Shown here: in pieces, positions 32,462-44,518 of the stretch
Layout: every line of letters starts with the position of its first letter
Position numbering within the stretch: the first letter of the stretch is position 1
Origin: Nitrospirota bacterium
GTDB lineage: Bacteria; Nitrospirota; JACRHJ01
DNA: 64,000 nt
Direction of reading: 5' to 3'
NCBI GenBank assembly: GCA_963733375.1
Contig: CAVTDB010000025.1
Coordinates: 1 to 64,000, forward strand
Made by a program: the position numbers and the translations under genes
The notes under the pieces: model-generated
Told to the model about the DNA's origin: nothing
What the model saw: only the letters and a program-made list of their open reading frames with translations
Database searches by the model: none

Positions 32462-32582
32462 CTTTCCTCCTGCTTCCCTTGTTGAATAGAAGGCATAAGC
32501 CCAATTAGCAAAAACCCTGTGATTTTAAAACATCAGGACGGGGATGTCAATAATAAACCTTATTTTACGGCAGGATAATTCC

Positions 32583-34298
32583 TTAGCATACTCCGCACGT
32601 CCTGCACTTCCCGGGCACGCACCTGGGCGTATGGCGGGCCTGCCTCGCGCGCTCCCTTTCCTTCAGGAGATAATCCTTTTTTATCCCGGTATCCAGGAAG
32701 TCCCACGGGAATTTTTCCTGAGCGCTTCTTTCCCTTGAGGCATAAACATCCATATCAAGACCTTCTTCCGCGAACGCCGCCTTCCAGTCCCCTCCGTTTT
32801 CGGACGCGTTCAGGATAACCTTTGCAAGCCGCCGGTCGCCTCTTGCGAGTGCGGCCTGAAGGACGGCGTATTTCGGGACGTCATGCGTCACCGCCGTGTT
32901 CGGGCCCTTGAGGGCCTTCGCTGATACGCTGAATTTTGCTTTTCAGCTTATCCGCCGGCAACATGGGCTCCCACTGGAACGGCGTCCACGGCTTCGGGAT
33001 GAAGCAGTTCACGCTCAGGGTTAAAGTGCCTATGCGGCCCTTCCCGCGCGCGGCGCTCAACATCTCCTCCCGCGCCCTCGATGCCAGCGCGATGATCTCC
33101 TCGATATCCTCGTCTTCCTCGGTCGGCAGGCCCACCATGAAATACAGCTTCACGTTCAGCACGCCCGCCTCTATAAGAGTCCGGACGGCGGTCAGCACCT
33201 GTGCCTCGGAAATATTTTTATTTATCACCGCGCGGAGCCGCTCGGAGCCTGCCTCCGGCGCGATGGCGACCGTCCTGTTGCCTTTGGAGACAAGCCTTGC
33301 CAGCTCAGGCGTCAACGAGTCCGCCCTAAGCGATGAAGCGGAGAAATTTATCTTCTCGTCTTTAAACTCGCTCGCAAGCTCCGCTATCTCCGGATAATCC
33401 GATACCGCCGAGCCTACCAGGCCGATTTTGCCTGCGAGTTTTCTGCCCTCTTCTATGTCTTTTTTAACCGACTCGAAACTGCGGTTCCTGGGGGGGCGGT
33501 AAACGTACCCGGCCATGCAGAAGCGGCAGTGCCTTCCGCAGCCCCGTGAAAGCTCTATCATGAACATATCCGAAAATTCCGTATCCGGCGTGATTATGGC
33601 GCTCTTCGCCGGGAACTTGTCCAGGTCTTTAACGTACCGCCTGACTACCTTCTCCGGCGCTCCGGGCGCGGCGGCAAGAGAGCGCAGGGTGCCGTCCGTA
33701 TTATATGATGGGGTATAAAGTGAGGGTATATAGACGCCGGGAATCCTGGAGAGCTCGGCCAGAAGCTCGCTTCGGGTGTGGGTGAGCTTTAACCTTTCGT
33801 ACTCGTCTAAAAACTCGTTTATCGACTCTTCCGCCTCGCCGACGATTACCGCGTCAAAAAAATCGGCAATCGGCTCGGGGTTGAAGAACGTGCAGACGCC
33901 GCCTAATATCAAGAGCGGGTGAGACTCGTCCCGGTCCCTGGAGAAAGGGGGTATCCCGGAGAGCCGGAGGAAGTCCGCCACCCCTGCATAATCATGCTCG
34001 AACGCGACCGAAAAACCCAGTAGCTCAAAATCCCGTGCCCTGGTCTTCGACTCGACGGAGGTTATCGGCGAAGACAGGGGCGCCGAGGGACCCTTCGGGT
34101 CCGGCAGGAACAGCCTCTCAGCTAAGGCGTTCCTGCGCGCGTTGATGATGCGGTATATCGTCTGATACCCGAGCGAGGACATCCCGACGTAATACGTCCC
34201 CGGAAATACCAGCCCTACCGTCGTCCTTCCGCCTCTGGGCTTTACTACAGCGCCTTTTTCACTTGTCGGCTCTGGCCGGTCCTGCTCTTTTTATGCAA
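32583..34298 (-). CDS. B12-binding-domain radical SAM protein (TIGR03960/YgiQ-like), frameshifted; start approximate
   Basis: GMSSLG, RGCGRHCRFC (CxxxCxxC), APEAGSERLR, C-terminal CxxCGVC. Confidence 0.88.
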
Positions 34299-34304
34299 CT
34301 TTAA

Positions 34305-35549
34305 TCAGTCCGCCTGCCTCCGTAAGAAAGTCGGGACGTCCAGTTCGTCCTCGTCGTCTATCCCCAGGGCTTCGTTCCGGAAATCGAGCCCCGCCACCTT
34401 CCTTAAATAAGCCGGCTTGTCCACCGCCTTGTCCACGAACGCCTTCACGTTCGAGGTCTTGCCGAGTATCTTCTCCTCGCCGAAGGACATCTCGGTTATT
34501 TCCGCGTTTCCCTGATAATTTTTCGGCGAAGGCCCGAAGTTCATCGCCTTCGGGAGGGCCTTCTCGTCCAGGCGCACCGCCTGGGTTACCGCGCTCTCCT
34601 CGAACCCGGTGGCGATAACCGTGACACAGACCTCGTCCGTCATGTCTTCATTGATTACGGAGCCGAATATGATGTTGGCTTCCGGGTGCGACGCCTCCTG
34701 GATTATCGTGGACGCTTCGATGACCTCGCTCATGGTGAGGTCCGGGCCGCCGGTGATGTTGATGAGCACGCCCCTGGCGCCGTCGATGGTGCCTTCCTCT
34801 AAGAGCGGGGAGGATATCGCCTTCTGCGCCGCCTCGACCGCGCGGTTGTCTCCCGCGGCCAGGCCGGTGCCCATTACCGCGCGTCCCATGGAGGACATGA
34901 CGGTCTTCACGTCGGCGAAATCCAGGTTGATGTACCCGTTCATCATTATGACGTCGGATATTCCCTGCACCGCCTGGCGGAGCACGTCGTCGACGATCGA
35001 GAACGCCTGCTTGAACGGCGTCCGCTTGTCTATCACGCCTAGAAGCCTCTGGTTCGGGATCGTGATGATGGTGTCCACGCATTTCTTCAGCTCGTCCAGT
35101 CCGAGCTCGGCCTGGCGCATCCTCTGCCTGCCCTCGAACATGAACGGCTTGGTTACGACCGCGACCGTCAGCGCGCCAAGTTCACGCGCTATCTGCGCGA
35201 TTACCGGCGCCGCGCCGGTGCCCGTGCCGCCGCCCATGCCGCAGGTGACGAAGACCATGTCCGCGCCGGTCAGGGCTTCGCGGATATTATCGAGGTCCTC
35301 CTGCGCCGCATGTCTTCCGACCGTCGGGTTCGCGCCCGCGCCAAGACCGCGCGTAAGCTCCGCCCCGAGCTGGACCTTGTGCGGCGCGTAAGAGCGCTCC
35401 AGCGCCTGCACGTCGGTATTGGCGGCTATAAACTCCACGCCCGCGAGGCCCGATGTTATCATCGTATTGATCGCGTTACCCCCGCCTCCGCCAACACCGA
35501 TTACCTTGATGTTCGCCCCCCTTCTTGCCTCCTCTTCAAATTCGAACAT
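34305..35549 (-). CDS. ftsZ: Cell division protein FtsZ
   Basis: GGGTGTG tubulin motif; C-terminal [12 protein letters not shown]. Confidence 0.99.
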   Translation of the reverse strand: MFEFEEEARRGANIKVIGVGGGGGNAINTMITSGLAGVEFIAANTDVQALERSYAPHKVQLGAELTRGLGAGANPTVGRHAAQEDLDNIREALTGADMVFVTCGMGGGTGTGAAPVIAQIARELGALTVAVVTKPFMFEGRQRMRQAELGLDELKKCVDTIITIPNQRLLGVIDKRTPFKQAFSIVDDVLRQAVQGISDVIMMNGYINLDFADVKTVMSSMGRAVMGTGLAAGDNRAVEAAQKAISSPLLEEGTIDGARGVLINITGGPDLTMSEVIEASTIIQEASHPEANIIFGSVINEDMTDEVCVTVIATGFEESAVTQAVRLDEKALPKAMNFGPSPKNYQGNAEITEMSFGEEKILGKTSNVKAFVDKAVDKPAYLRKVAGLDFRNEALGIDDEDELDVPTFLRRQAD

Positions 35550-35564
35550 CTTGCCCCCTTTCGT

Positions 35565-36797
35565 TTAGAAGAAATTCTCCACCCATTCCCGCATCCTGCC
35601 TATAACTTTCGCAAAAAGATTGCCGTCCGAGATCCTCTTGACCTTCCCGGCGCCCGTCTGCTGCGCGCCGAAAAGGACCAGGCCCACGCCGGTCGCGTAC
35701 ATTGGCGAGTTCACTACGTCCACGAGACCCCCGATGTTCATGGGCAGCCCGCGCCGCGCCGGCATTTCCATCACGCGCTCGGCCGCTTCCGGGATGCCGT
35801 CCATTATCGCCGTCCCGCCGGTTATAACGACCCCGGAGGCTATACGGTCCTCGAACCCGGTCTTCCTGAACTCCTTCAGCACCAGCCCGAAAATCTCCTC
35901 GATGCGCGGCTCTATTATCTCGGCGAGCACCTGGCGGGAAAGTACCCTGGGCGGCCTTCCGCCGACGCTCGCGACTTCTATGGTCTCGTCGTCCCGCACC
36001 ATGTTCGTAAGCGCGCAGCCGTACCTTTTCTTTATTTTTTCCGCCTCGGCCGCCGGCGTCCTGAGCCCCACCGCAATATCGTTCGTCAGATGGTTTCCGC
36101 CTATCGCGATCACGGCGGTATGCCATATCCCGCCCTCGACGAATATGGCCAGGTCGGTCGTCCCGCCGCCCACGTCCACCACGGCGACTCCCAGTTCTTT
36201 CTCGTCGTTACTGAGTACGGAATGGCTCGAAGCCAGCGGCTCGAGTACGATGTCCAGCACGTCCAGGCCCGCGCGGTTGCAGCTCTTGATGATGTTCTGC
36301 GCGGATGTAACGGCGCCGGTCACGATATGCACCTCCGCCTCCAGCCGCACTCCGCTCATCCCCAGGGGCTCCCTTATCCCGTCCTGGTCGTCGATAGCGA
36401 ACTCCTGGGGGAGCACATGCAATATCTCGCGGTCAAGCGGTATCGCCACCGCCTTCGCCGCCTCGATGACGCGCTCCACGTCGGCCTTGGATATTTCGCG
36501 GTCCTTTATAGCTATGACACCCCTGCTGTTGAAACTTTTGATATGGCTTCCGGCGATGCCCGTGAAGACCGCGTTGATCTCCACGCCCGCCATCAGCTCG
36601 GCCTCTTCGACCGCCTTTTTTATCGACTCGACAGTGCTCTCGATGTTGACGACTACGCCTTTCCTCAGGCCCCTGGACGGATGACTGCCTATCCCTATGA
36701 TGTCTATCCTGCCGTCTTCCTTGACCTCGCCGACTATGGCGCAAATCTTGGTGGTCCCGATATCGAGGCCTACGACTATGTTGTCTTTTTTCGCCAA
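35565..36797 (-). CDS. ftsA: Cell division protein FtsA
   Basis: GLDIGTTKI and DVGGGTTD motifs. Confidence 0.98.
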   Translation of the reverse strand: MAKKDNIVVGLDIGTTKICAIVGEVKEDGRIDIIGIGSHPSRGLRKGVVVNIESTVESIKKAVEEAELMAGVEINAVFTGIAGSHIKSFNSRGVIAIKDREISKADVERVIEAAKAVAIPLDREILHVLPQEFAIDDQDGIREPLGMSGVRLEAEVHIVTGAVTSAQNIIKSCNRAGLDVLDIVLEPLASSHSVLSNDEKELGVAVVDVGGGTTDLAIFVEGGIWHTAVIAIGGNHLTNDIAVGLRTPAAEAEKIKKRYGCALTNMVRDDETIEVASVGGRPPRVLSRQVLAEIIEPRIEEIFGLVLKEFRKTGFEDRIASGVVITGGTAIMDGIPEAAERVMEMPARRGLPMNIGGLVDVVNSPMYATGVGLVLFGAQQTGAGKVKRISDGNLFAKVIGRMREWVENFF

Positions 36798-36815
36798 GTC
36801 CTCACCTCCTTTCTT

Positions 36816-37638
36816 TCAGAATGTCCGCGCCTGAAGCGACTGGGACGGCTGGCCTTCCTTCACCACTACCTTGCCCGGGAACCGAAGGTCGATAAGCTCG
36901 GCCTTTAAGCCACGCCTGACAATGTCGGCCTCAACATCCGCAAGCCGCTTCACCTTATCCGGGTATCCGCCGGAGCCCACCTTGACCACGGCGTCGCGGA
37001 TCAATATGCAAGGAGAGCCGTCCCTGCATACCCCGACATTCGCGAAGGCGAGCGGCCCTCTGCTCCCGCGTACGATCTTGAAAAGCCGAAAGGCATTCAT
37101 AAGAGATCCAGCCGTCTTCGGGTCCAGTATCCTGAGGCCCTGCGATGACGGGTACCTTACAACGGGTAAAAATTCCCAGCCCGGCTGGGTTACCCTGCGC
37201 AAGCGCAAATCCGTCCGCGTCCATGAGATACTTCCCGGCGCCAGTCTGCACGACCGCCGCCGGGACCCTCTCCGTCAGCTCGAACCGGACCTCGTCCGGG
37301 AACTCGCGGCGCACCAGCCCCGATTTTATCCAGGGATGGCCGCCTATCTTTTCCATCGCGCCCTTCATGTCATAGGATAAGACGCTCTCCCCCTTGGGGT
37401 CGCCGACAAACCCGATGAAATCGTCCTCTCGCACGTATTTAAGACCTTCCACCCGGACTTGCTTTATGGTAAAAAGCGGCATCCGGCATACGTACCTGAC
37501 CGCGGCGCGGGCCGCTCTCGGCACGAAGAACGCCGCCGCGGCCAATATTATAAGGACGGCAACCAGGCGCAGTATCTTCCTGCCCGCTTTCTTTCCGCGT
37601 ACCTTAGGCTTTGAGCTCTTACGGCCGACAGTCCTCAT
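36816..37638 (-). CDS. ftsQ: FtsQ/DivIB (frameshift near 37200)
   Basis: Basic N-terminus, TM helix, POTRA domain, C-terminal IDLRFPGKVVV. Confidence 0.88.
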
Positions 37639-38557
37639 TTACGCCTCAGCGCCCCTTCGAGCATAAGCTCTATAAGCTGCACAAAACTTAAACCCGCCGC
37701 AGCGCGGCCTTCGGGAGAAGGCTTGTCGATGTCATACCCGGAAGCGTGTTCATCTCCAGGACGTACGGGTTTCCCTCCCGGTCCACGCGGAAGTCCACGC
37801 GCGCGTATCCGTATCCCTGCAGGACGGAAAATACTTCCTTTGCCAGCGCCTTCACCCGTTTCTCAAGAGCTTCGTCCAGCTCCGCCGGACAGACATATTT
37901 AGTGTCGTGGGTCAGGTACTTTGCGTCGTAATCGTAGACCCCGCTCTTGGGGACTATCTCCACCAGGGGCAGGGCGTTGCCGCCCAGTATCCCGGCCGTC
38001 ACTTCGCGCCCCTCGATGTATTTCTCCACGACCGCTTCCATATCGTGCGAGAAGGCCAGCTCAAGCGCGGGGGCCAGCTCATCCTCGGAATACACGAAGC
38101 TCATGCCGATGGTCGAGCCCTGGGTGGAAGGCTTCACCACCACCGGATAACCGATGCGGCCCACTGAAGACGCATCGGAGTCCTTCGTAAGCGTCACGAA
38201 TTCCGCCGTCGGGATATCATGGTACTTCAGAAGCTTCTTTGTAATCGCCTTGTCCATCGCGATCGCCGAGCCTGTTACGCCCGTGCCGGTATAAGGCAGG
38301 CCCATCGTTTCCAGCAGGCCCTGCACCGTTCCGTCCTCGCCGAATTTACCGTGGAGCGCGAGGAACACCAGGTCGGGCTTGATGTCATAGAGCTCCTGCA
38401 CCAGCCCCGGCCCGTCGTACACCACCGGCGTCGCATTGTATCCCGCATCCTTGAGCGCATCCAGAACCGCCGCGCCGGAAGAAAGAGAGACTTCCCTCTC
38501 CGCCGAAAGGCCGCCCATCAGGACTGCTATTTTTTTATTCGCTAAAATATCTAACAT
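37635..38557 (-). CDS. ddl: D-Ala-D-Ala ligase (C-terminal frameshift)
   Basis: GGLSAEREVS, LHGKFGEDG, EMNTLPGMT. Confidence 0.96.
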
Positions 38558-38568
38558 TCAAAACCCTT

Positions 38569-38656
38569 GTTACTTTTCTTTCGAGAAAGAAAAGTAACCA
38601 AAAGAAAGCTGGACAGTTTAAAAGTTTTTGGCGTTACCTTTTTACAAAAAGGTAAC
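38569..38656. repeat. Inverted doublet of the palindrome family
   Basis: GTTACTTTTCTTTC-GA-GAAAGAAAAGTAAC CAAAAGAAAG ... TTTTTGGC GTTACCTTTTT-AC-AAAAAGGTAAC. Confidence 0.85.
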
Positions 38657-38659
38657 GGT

Positions 38660-39574
38660 TTACTCTTTCCCCACGATCTTGACTTCCGGCTCCAGCTCTA
38701 TCCCCGTCTTGTCCTTGACTTTCGCCTTTACGAGTTCCATTAAAGCGATAAAATCTTTCGCGGTCGCGTTCCCCGTGTTGATTAAAAAATTTGCGTGCCT
38801 GTCTGATACCGCCGCCCCGCCGACGGATAACCCTTTCAGTCCCGCCCCCTCTATCAGTTGCCAGGCCTTCTTGCCGGGAGGGTTTTTGAAAGTAGAGCCT
38901 GCGCTCTTCGCGCTTAACGGCTGGGAGGCCTTTCTCTTGCTTATATATTCCGCCGCTCTAGCCTTTATCTCTTCGGCGGCGCCGGGCGTAAGCTTGAACC
39001 ACGCCTCCGTCACCGCCGAATTTTCCGGTATGCCGCCATGCCTGTATTTTTTCTCGGCCTCTCCCGAAGTCATCCCGGATATTTCGCCGTTTTCATTTAC
39101 AAGTTGAATTTTATATAAAACATCTTTTATTTCATAACCGTATGCGCCCGCGTTCATATAGACCGCGCCTCCGACGGTGCCGGGGATGCCGGAGGCGAAC
39201 TCCAGGCCGGAGAGCCCCTCCTCCGCGCAGAAACTCGCGAGCTTGGGAAGAGGCGTACCCGCGCCGGTGCGGACCAGCGCCGTTTCCTTCTCCCGGCCCT
39301 CGATTGATATCCAGTTCAGTTTCGAGAGGTTTATCACCAGTCCCTCTATTCCCCCGTCGCGCGCTAAAAGGTTCGTCCCGTTTCCGAAAATGAATACCGG
39401 CACTCCCGCCTCCCGCGCCGTTTTCATAAGTGCCGCGAGAGCTCCCGCGTCTTCCGGGAATGCCATAACCTCCGCCGGGCCGCCCAGCGACAGCGAAGTA
39501 TGTTTCGACATCGGCTCCGAGAGCCTTGCTTCACCGGCGAAATCAAGCATGGCAATAAGCTCGGCCGCGTTCAT
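38660..39574 (-). CDS. murB: UDP-N-acetylenolpyruvoylglucosamine reductase
   Basis: GIPGTVGGAVYMNAGAYG, SAGSTFKNP, HANF. Confidence 0.97.
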   Translation of the reverse strand: MNAAELIAMLDFAGEARLSEPMSKHTSLSLGGPAEVMAFPEDAGALAALMKTAREAGVPVFIFGNGTNLLARDGGIEGLVINLSKLNWISIEGREKETALVRTGAGTPLPKLASFCAEEGLSGLEFASGIPGTVGGAVYMNAGAYGYEIKDVLYKIQLVNENGEISGMTSGEAEKKYRHGGIPENSAVTEAWFKLTPGAAEEIKARAAEYISKRKASQPLSAKSAGSTFKNPPGKKAWQLIEGAGLKGLSVGGAAVSDRHANFLINTGNATAKDFIALMELVKAKVKDKTGIELEPEVKIVGKE

Positions 39575-40948
39575 GGAGTATTCATCTCTTCAAGGAACGC
39601 CTCGCCCACCTTCCAGACGTCGCCCGCGCCAAGCGTTATCACGAGGTCGCCCGGCCTCGCCACTTCCTTAAGCCACTCGACCGCTTTGTCCTGCGTCTGG
39701 ATATACGAGGCGTCTTTATGGCCGCGGCTTTTGATGCCTTCGTATAAATTCTTCGCGCTTATGCCGTCGATAGGTTTTTCACCAGCCGGATATATGTCCA
39801 TAACCGCCAGCTTGTCCGCCTGGTTGAACGCGGTGAAGAAATCCTTCATCAGGTCGCGCGTGCGGGTGTAGCGGTGCGGCTGGAAAATAACCACCGTCCG
39901 CCTGTCCCAGCCTGCCTTCGCGCCCGCGAGCGTCGCCTTTATCTCCGTCGGGTGGTGGCCGTAATCGTCCACGACCGTTATGCCGCCGACCTCGCCTTTT
40001 ACATAGAACCGCCTGTGCAGTCCTCCGTACTCCGCCAGCGCCCCGCGTATGACTTCCGCCGGGATGTCCAGCTCTAGCGCTACGGATATCGCGGCCAGGG
40101 AGTTGTACACGCTGTGCTGGCCCGGCACGGAGAGCTTGAAGCGGCCCAGGCTCTCGCCCCTTTTGATTACTTCGAATTCCGAACCCATCCCGCCGAACTC
40201 TATGTTCCTGGCGTAGAGGTCCGCCTGCGAACTTAAGCCGTATGTGGACATACCTTTTCTTAACTTGCGGAATAAGATCCTGTATATGCTCCACGTCCAG
40301 GCAGAGCACCGCGAGGCCGTAGAACGGGATCTTGTTTATGAACTGCAGGAATGCCGCCTTAATCTCTTCTATGCCTTTCGTGTAGTGGTCCAGATGCTCT
40401 TCGTCGATGTTCGTCACCACCGCGATAGTCGGCGAGAGCATCAGGAAGCTGCCGTCGGACTCGTCCGCCTCCGCCACCAGGAACTCGCCCTGCCCCAGCT
40501 TCGCGCCCGCCCCGAAAATATTAAGCTTGCCCCCGATTACCACCGTCGGGTCGATGCCGCCCTTCGAGAGTATGGTGGATATCATGGAGGTGGTGGTGGT
40601 CTTTCCGTGCGCGCCCGCGATGGCTATCCCGTATTTAAGGCGCATCAGTTCCGCCAGCATCTCCGCACGCGGTATCACGGGGACCTGCCGCTCCCTCGCC
40701 GCCGCCACTTCGGGGTTATCCTCCTTGACGGCTGAAGATATGACGACGACGTCCGCGCCTTCGATGTTTGAGGACGCGTGCCCTATGAATATCTTCGCGC
40801 CTAAAGACTCAAGTCTCTTGGTGGTGTCGGTCTCTTTAAGGTCGGAGCCGCCGATTTTATATCCGAGGTTTATCAGGACTTCGGCGATCCCGCTCATCCC
40901 GACGCCGCCTATGCCCACGAAATGTATCCTCTGGTACTTCTTATACAT
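39571..40948 (-). CDS. murC: UDP-MurNAc-L-Ala ligase (frameshift near 40250)
   Basis: [33 protein letters not shown]. Confidence 0.96.
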
Positions 40949-40958
40949 GAAGACTCCT

Positions 40959-42051
40959 TTATGCCGCCGCAGCCTCTTTGCATATTCTCAGCACCTGGGC
41001 CGCGGCCTCCGGCTTTCCAAGGGCTTTAGAGCGCTCTTCCATCTTCAGAAGGGATTCTATATTCAGGAGCAGTCCCTTTATCTCGCCCGCCAGCCTCTCG
41101 CCCGTCGCCTCGGAATCCAGCACCACTATGGCCGCCCCGGCGTCCTGCAGTTCGCGCGCGTTGACCTCCTGATGGTTATCCGCGGCGAATGGATAAGGTA
41201 TGAGGACGGCAGGCTTGCCAAGCGCTGTGACCTCCGCGATCGTGAGCGCCCCGGAGCGGCAGATTACAAGGTCCGCGCACGCGTATGCCGGCGCCATGTC
41301 GTATATATAGGGCATTACGCGCGGAGGTGAACCCGGCCTTCTCATATGCGGCGGCCGTCTCCTCGAAATCCCTCTCGCCTGTCTGATGGATAAACTGAAG
41401 TTTATGTTTCATATCCATGAGCTTCGGCAGGGCGCCCGCGACGGCCTTGTTTATCTTCGTCGCCCCGCCGCTCCCGCCGGTAACCAATATAGTGATCCTT
41501 TCCTGTTCCAGCCGCAGCGCGCTTAGCGCGTCTTCTCTCTTTATCCCAAGCAGTCCCAGCCTGATGGGGTTGCCGGTCAGGACGCATTTGTGCTTCGGGA
41601 AAAAACTCCTGGCGGCCTGAAATCCGAGGCATATACGGTCCGCTATTTTCCCAAGCAACTTGTTGGCGAGGCCGGGCACCGCGTTCTGCTCCTGGAGGAT
41701 TACCGGTTTTCCCATAATCTTTGCCGCAAGCACCGCCGGGAACGAGGCATAGCCGCCGACGCCCAGGACGGCGTCGGGCCCGAAGGCGCTGATTACTCTC
41801 CCGGCCTCGGCGACTCCCGCCGGAATGGATAAAAGCGTTTTTATCTTTTGTGAAGCGCCCATCCCCTTGAACCTGCCCGCGTTTATCAGTTTCAGATTGA
41901 AGCCTTCCCTGGGGACCACCCTCGTCTCTATGCCCCGCGCCGTGCCTACGAACAAGACCTCGATGCCGTCCTTTTTCGCCTCCGCCGCCACCGCGATCCC
42001 GGGATATAGATGGCCGCCGGTGCCGCCTCCGGCGATTAAAATTTTTTTCAC
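40959..42051 (-). CDS. murG: MurG glycosyltransferase (frameshift near 41325)
   Basis: [27 protein letters not shown]; GTG start at 42051. Confidence 0.95.
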
Positions 42052-43167
42052 ATGCGGTAGCGCCCCCGGGTCCTCTTGCCGCCGCTGGCCGCGCGCCACG
42101 CTCAGCATGATGCCTACCGACATAAGCGCCACAAGCACCGAGGAGCCGCCCGCGCTTATGAACGGGAGCGGCATCCCCTTGTTCGGGAAGAGCCCCGTCG
42201 CGACGCCCATATTAATGAGCGCCTGAAGCCCTATCATCAGGGTGAGCGAGAATACCAGGAGCTGGCCGAACGGGTCCTTGCAGCGAAGCGCGAGCCTCAT
42301 GCCGAACAGGGTGAACAGCAGGAAGAGGAAGGCCACGGCGGCCGCGCCGATAAGCCCGAACTCCTCGCCGATGACGGAAAAAATAAAGTCGTTGTGCGGC
42401 TCCGGCAGGAACAGGAGCTTCTGCCTGCTCTGGCCGAGGCCCACGCCGGTCAGGCCGCCCCCGCCGAACGCAAGGAACGACTGGATGGTCTGGAACCCGG
42501 CGCCTAAAGGGTCGCTCCAGGGGTCCATGAAAGAGTGCAGGCGGTTTTTACGGAAACCCACCTTGAATAGCTGGAGGTAAAGAAAGGGCAGCGCCCCCAG
42601 CGCCAGCGCGCCTAAATGGGATAACTTGGCCCCGCTTACGAACAGCATCATGACAATTACCGCGCATATCGCGGCGGCCGTGCCTAAGTCCGGCTCCAGC
42701 ACGATTAAAAGGACGAGCGTCCCGCAGATGAAGAGGTACGGCCCGACGCCGGTCCAGAAGTCGGTCAGCTTGTCCGCCCTTTTCGAAAGCGAAGCGGCGA
42801 CGAATGTAAACAGCGCGGGCTTTGTGAACTCAGAGGCCTGGAACGAGAAGCCGGCGAGCCTTATCCAGCGCCTCGCGCCGTTTATCTCCGGGCCGACCAG
42901 GGTCACTATCAGCAGGATGAAGCATATGATGAGCGCCGGGAGCGAGAGCTTCCGGAAGATTTTATAGTCCAGCTTCCATGCGGCCAGCATCGCCGCCAGC
43001 CCCGCCGCGGCCCAGACGACCTGCCTCTTCAGGAAATACGCGGAGTCGTTGTGATACTTAAGCGCCATGACCGAGCTTGCGGAATACACCATCACAAGCC
43101 CGAAGGACAGCAGGATGAGCGTTATGAAAAAGATTATGCTGTCTTCCCTGAAATTTTTTAATTTCAT
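42048..43167 (-). CDS. ftsW: SEDS protein FtsW
   Basis: GARRWI, EPDLG, LPEPHNDFIF, LPFISAGGSS. Confidence 0.96.
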
Positions 43168-43171
43168 AAGG

Positions 43172-44518
43172 CTATAATTTCCGCACTATCTCTTTGAACT
43201 GCCGTCCCCGGTCCTCGAAATCCTTGAACATGTCGAAGCTCGCGCATGCGGGGGAGAGGAGCACCACATCGCCCTTTGACGCCGCGTCTTTCGCCTTTAA
43301 TACCGCGTCCTTCAAGGACTCCGCACGCACGGTATCGGTCTCCCCGCCAATCGCCTCGCCTATTACGTCCGCCGCTTTTCCGAAAAGCACCAGCCTCTTC
43401 ACCCTCTCGCGCACGAGCTTCTTCAGGGGCGAGAAATCGCTGTGCTTATCCAGCCCCCCGGCCAGCAGGACCACGGGCTCCGTGAAGCTCAAAAGCGACT
43501 TCTCCACCGCGCCGACGTTTGTGCCCTTCGAGTCGTTTATGTAGCTGACGCCGTTTAATTCCCGCACGAACTCAAGCCTGTGCTCAAGTCCGGGGAACTC
43601 CCGGAGGACCTTTTCGACCGCCTTTAACGGAAGCGCCGGCGGCAAGCGAAACGGCGGCGGCGGCAAGCGCGTTCTCCAGGTTGTGCACGCCGCGTATCCT
43701 TATATCTTTTGCCTCGATTATTTTCTCATCAACGCCGGATAAGGCGCTTACGACCATCCCGTCCCTGACGAATACTCCGCCCGCGGGAGCGTCCTTCCGC
43801 GAAAACGGGATTATCCTGCACATCGCCTTTTCCGCCAGCTGGGTGGAGGGCGCGTCGTCCGCGTTGACTATCAGAGAATCCTTCAGGGTCTGGTTCATGT
43901 ACACGCGGGCCTTCGCCCTGGCGTAGTCGTCCATGTCCCGGTAGCGGTCCAGGTGGTCCGGCGTGACGTTTAAGAGCGCGGACAGTTTCGGACGGAACTT
44001 GTCGATAGTCTCAAGCTGGAAGCTGGAAACCTCCGCCACTATGTAATCGCGGCCCCTTAAGGATTCCGGCTCTTCCGTGAGCGCGTTTCCCAGGTTCCCG
44101 CCCACTGTAACCTTCATCCCGTGAGCCGCCAGCATCTCTCCCACGAGAGTGGTCGTGGTCGATTTTCCGTTGGTGCCGGTTATGGCGATAAACGGGGAGT
44201 CGGAATAGAGATACGCAAGCTCCAGCTCGCCGATTATGGGGACTTTTGCGTCAGCCGCTTTTTTAAACGGCGGGGCTGACAGCGGTATCCCCGGCGAGAT
44301 GACTATCAGGTCCGCAAGTTCAAACAGTCCGTCCGGATGCGACCCCAGGACCTTTTTTACCTTGGGGTCGAGCCGTCAGGCAGCTGATCCCTTAGCTCGT
44401 CCTCGGATTTAAGGTCCGTAACCGTCACGTCCGCCCCAAGCCGGACGAGCAGATTTGCCGCCCCCACGCCGCTTCTGGCAAGACCCGCGACAGTAATTTT
44501 TTTCCCGCTGAAGTTCAT
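43172..44518 (-). CDS. murD: UDP-MurNAc-L-Ala-D-Glu ligase (several frameshifts)
   Basis: [39 protein letters not shown]. Confidence 0.94.

Noticed and set aside
41176-43167. Apparent FtsW-MurG fusion
   Set aside because: The junction has the GTGA stop/start overlap typical of separate genes, and the assembly is indel-prone
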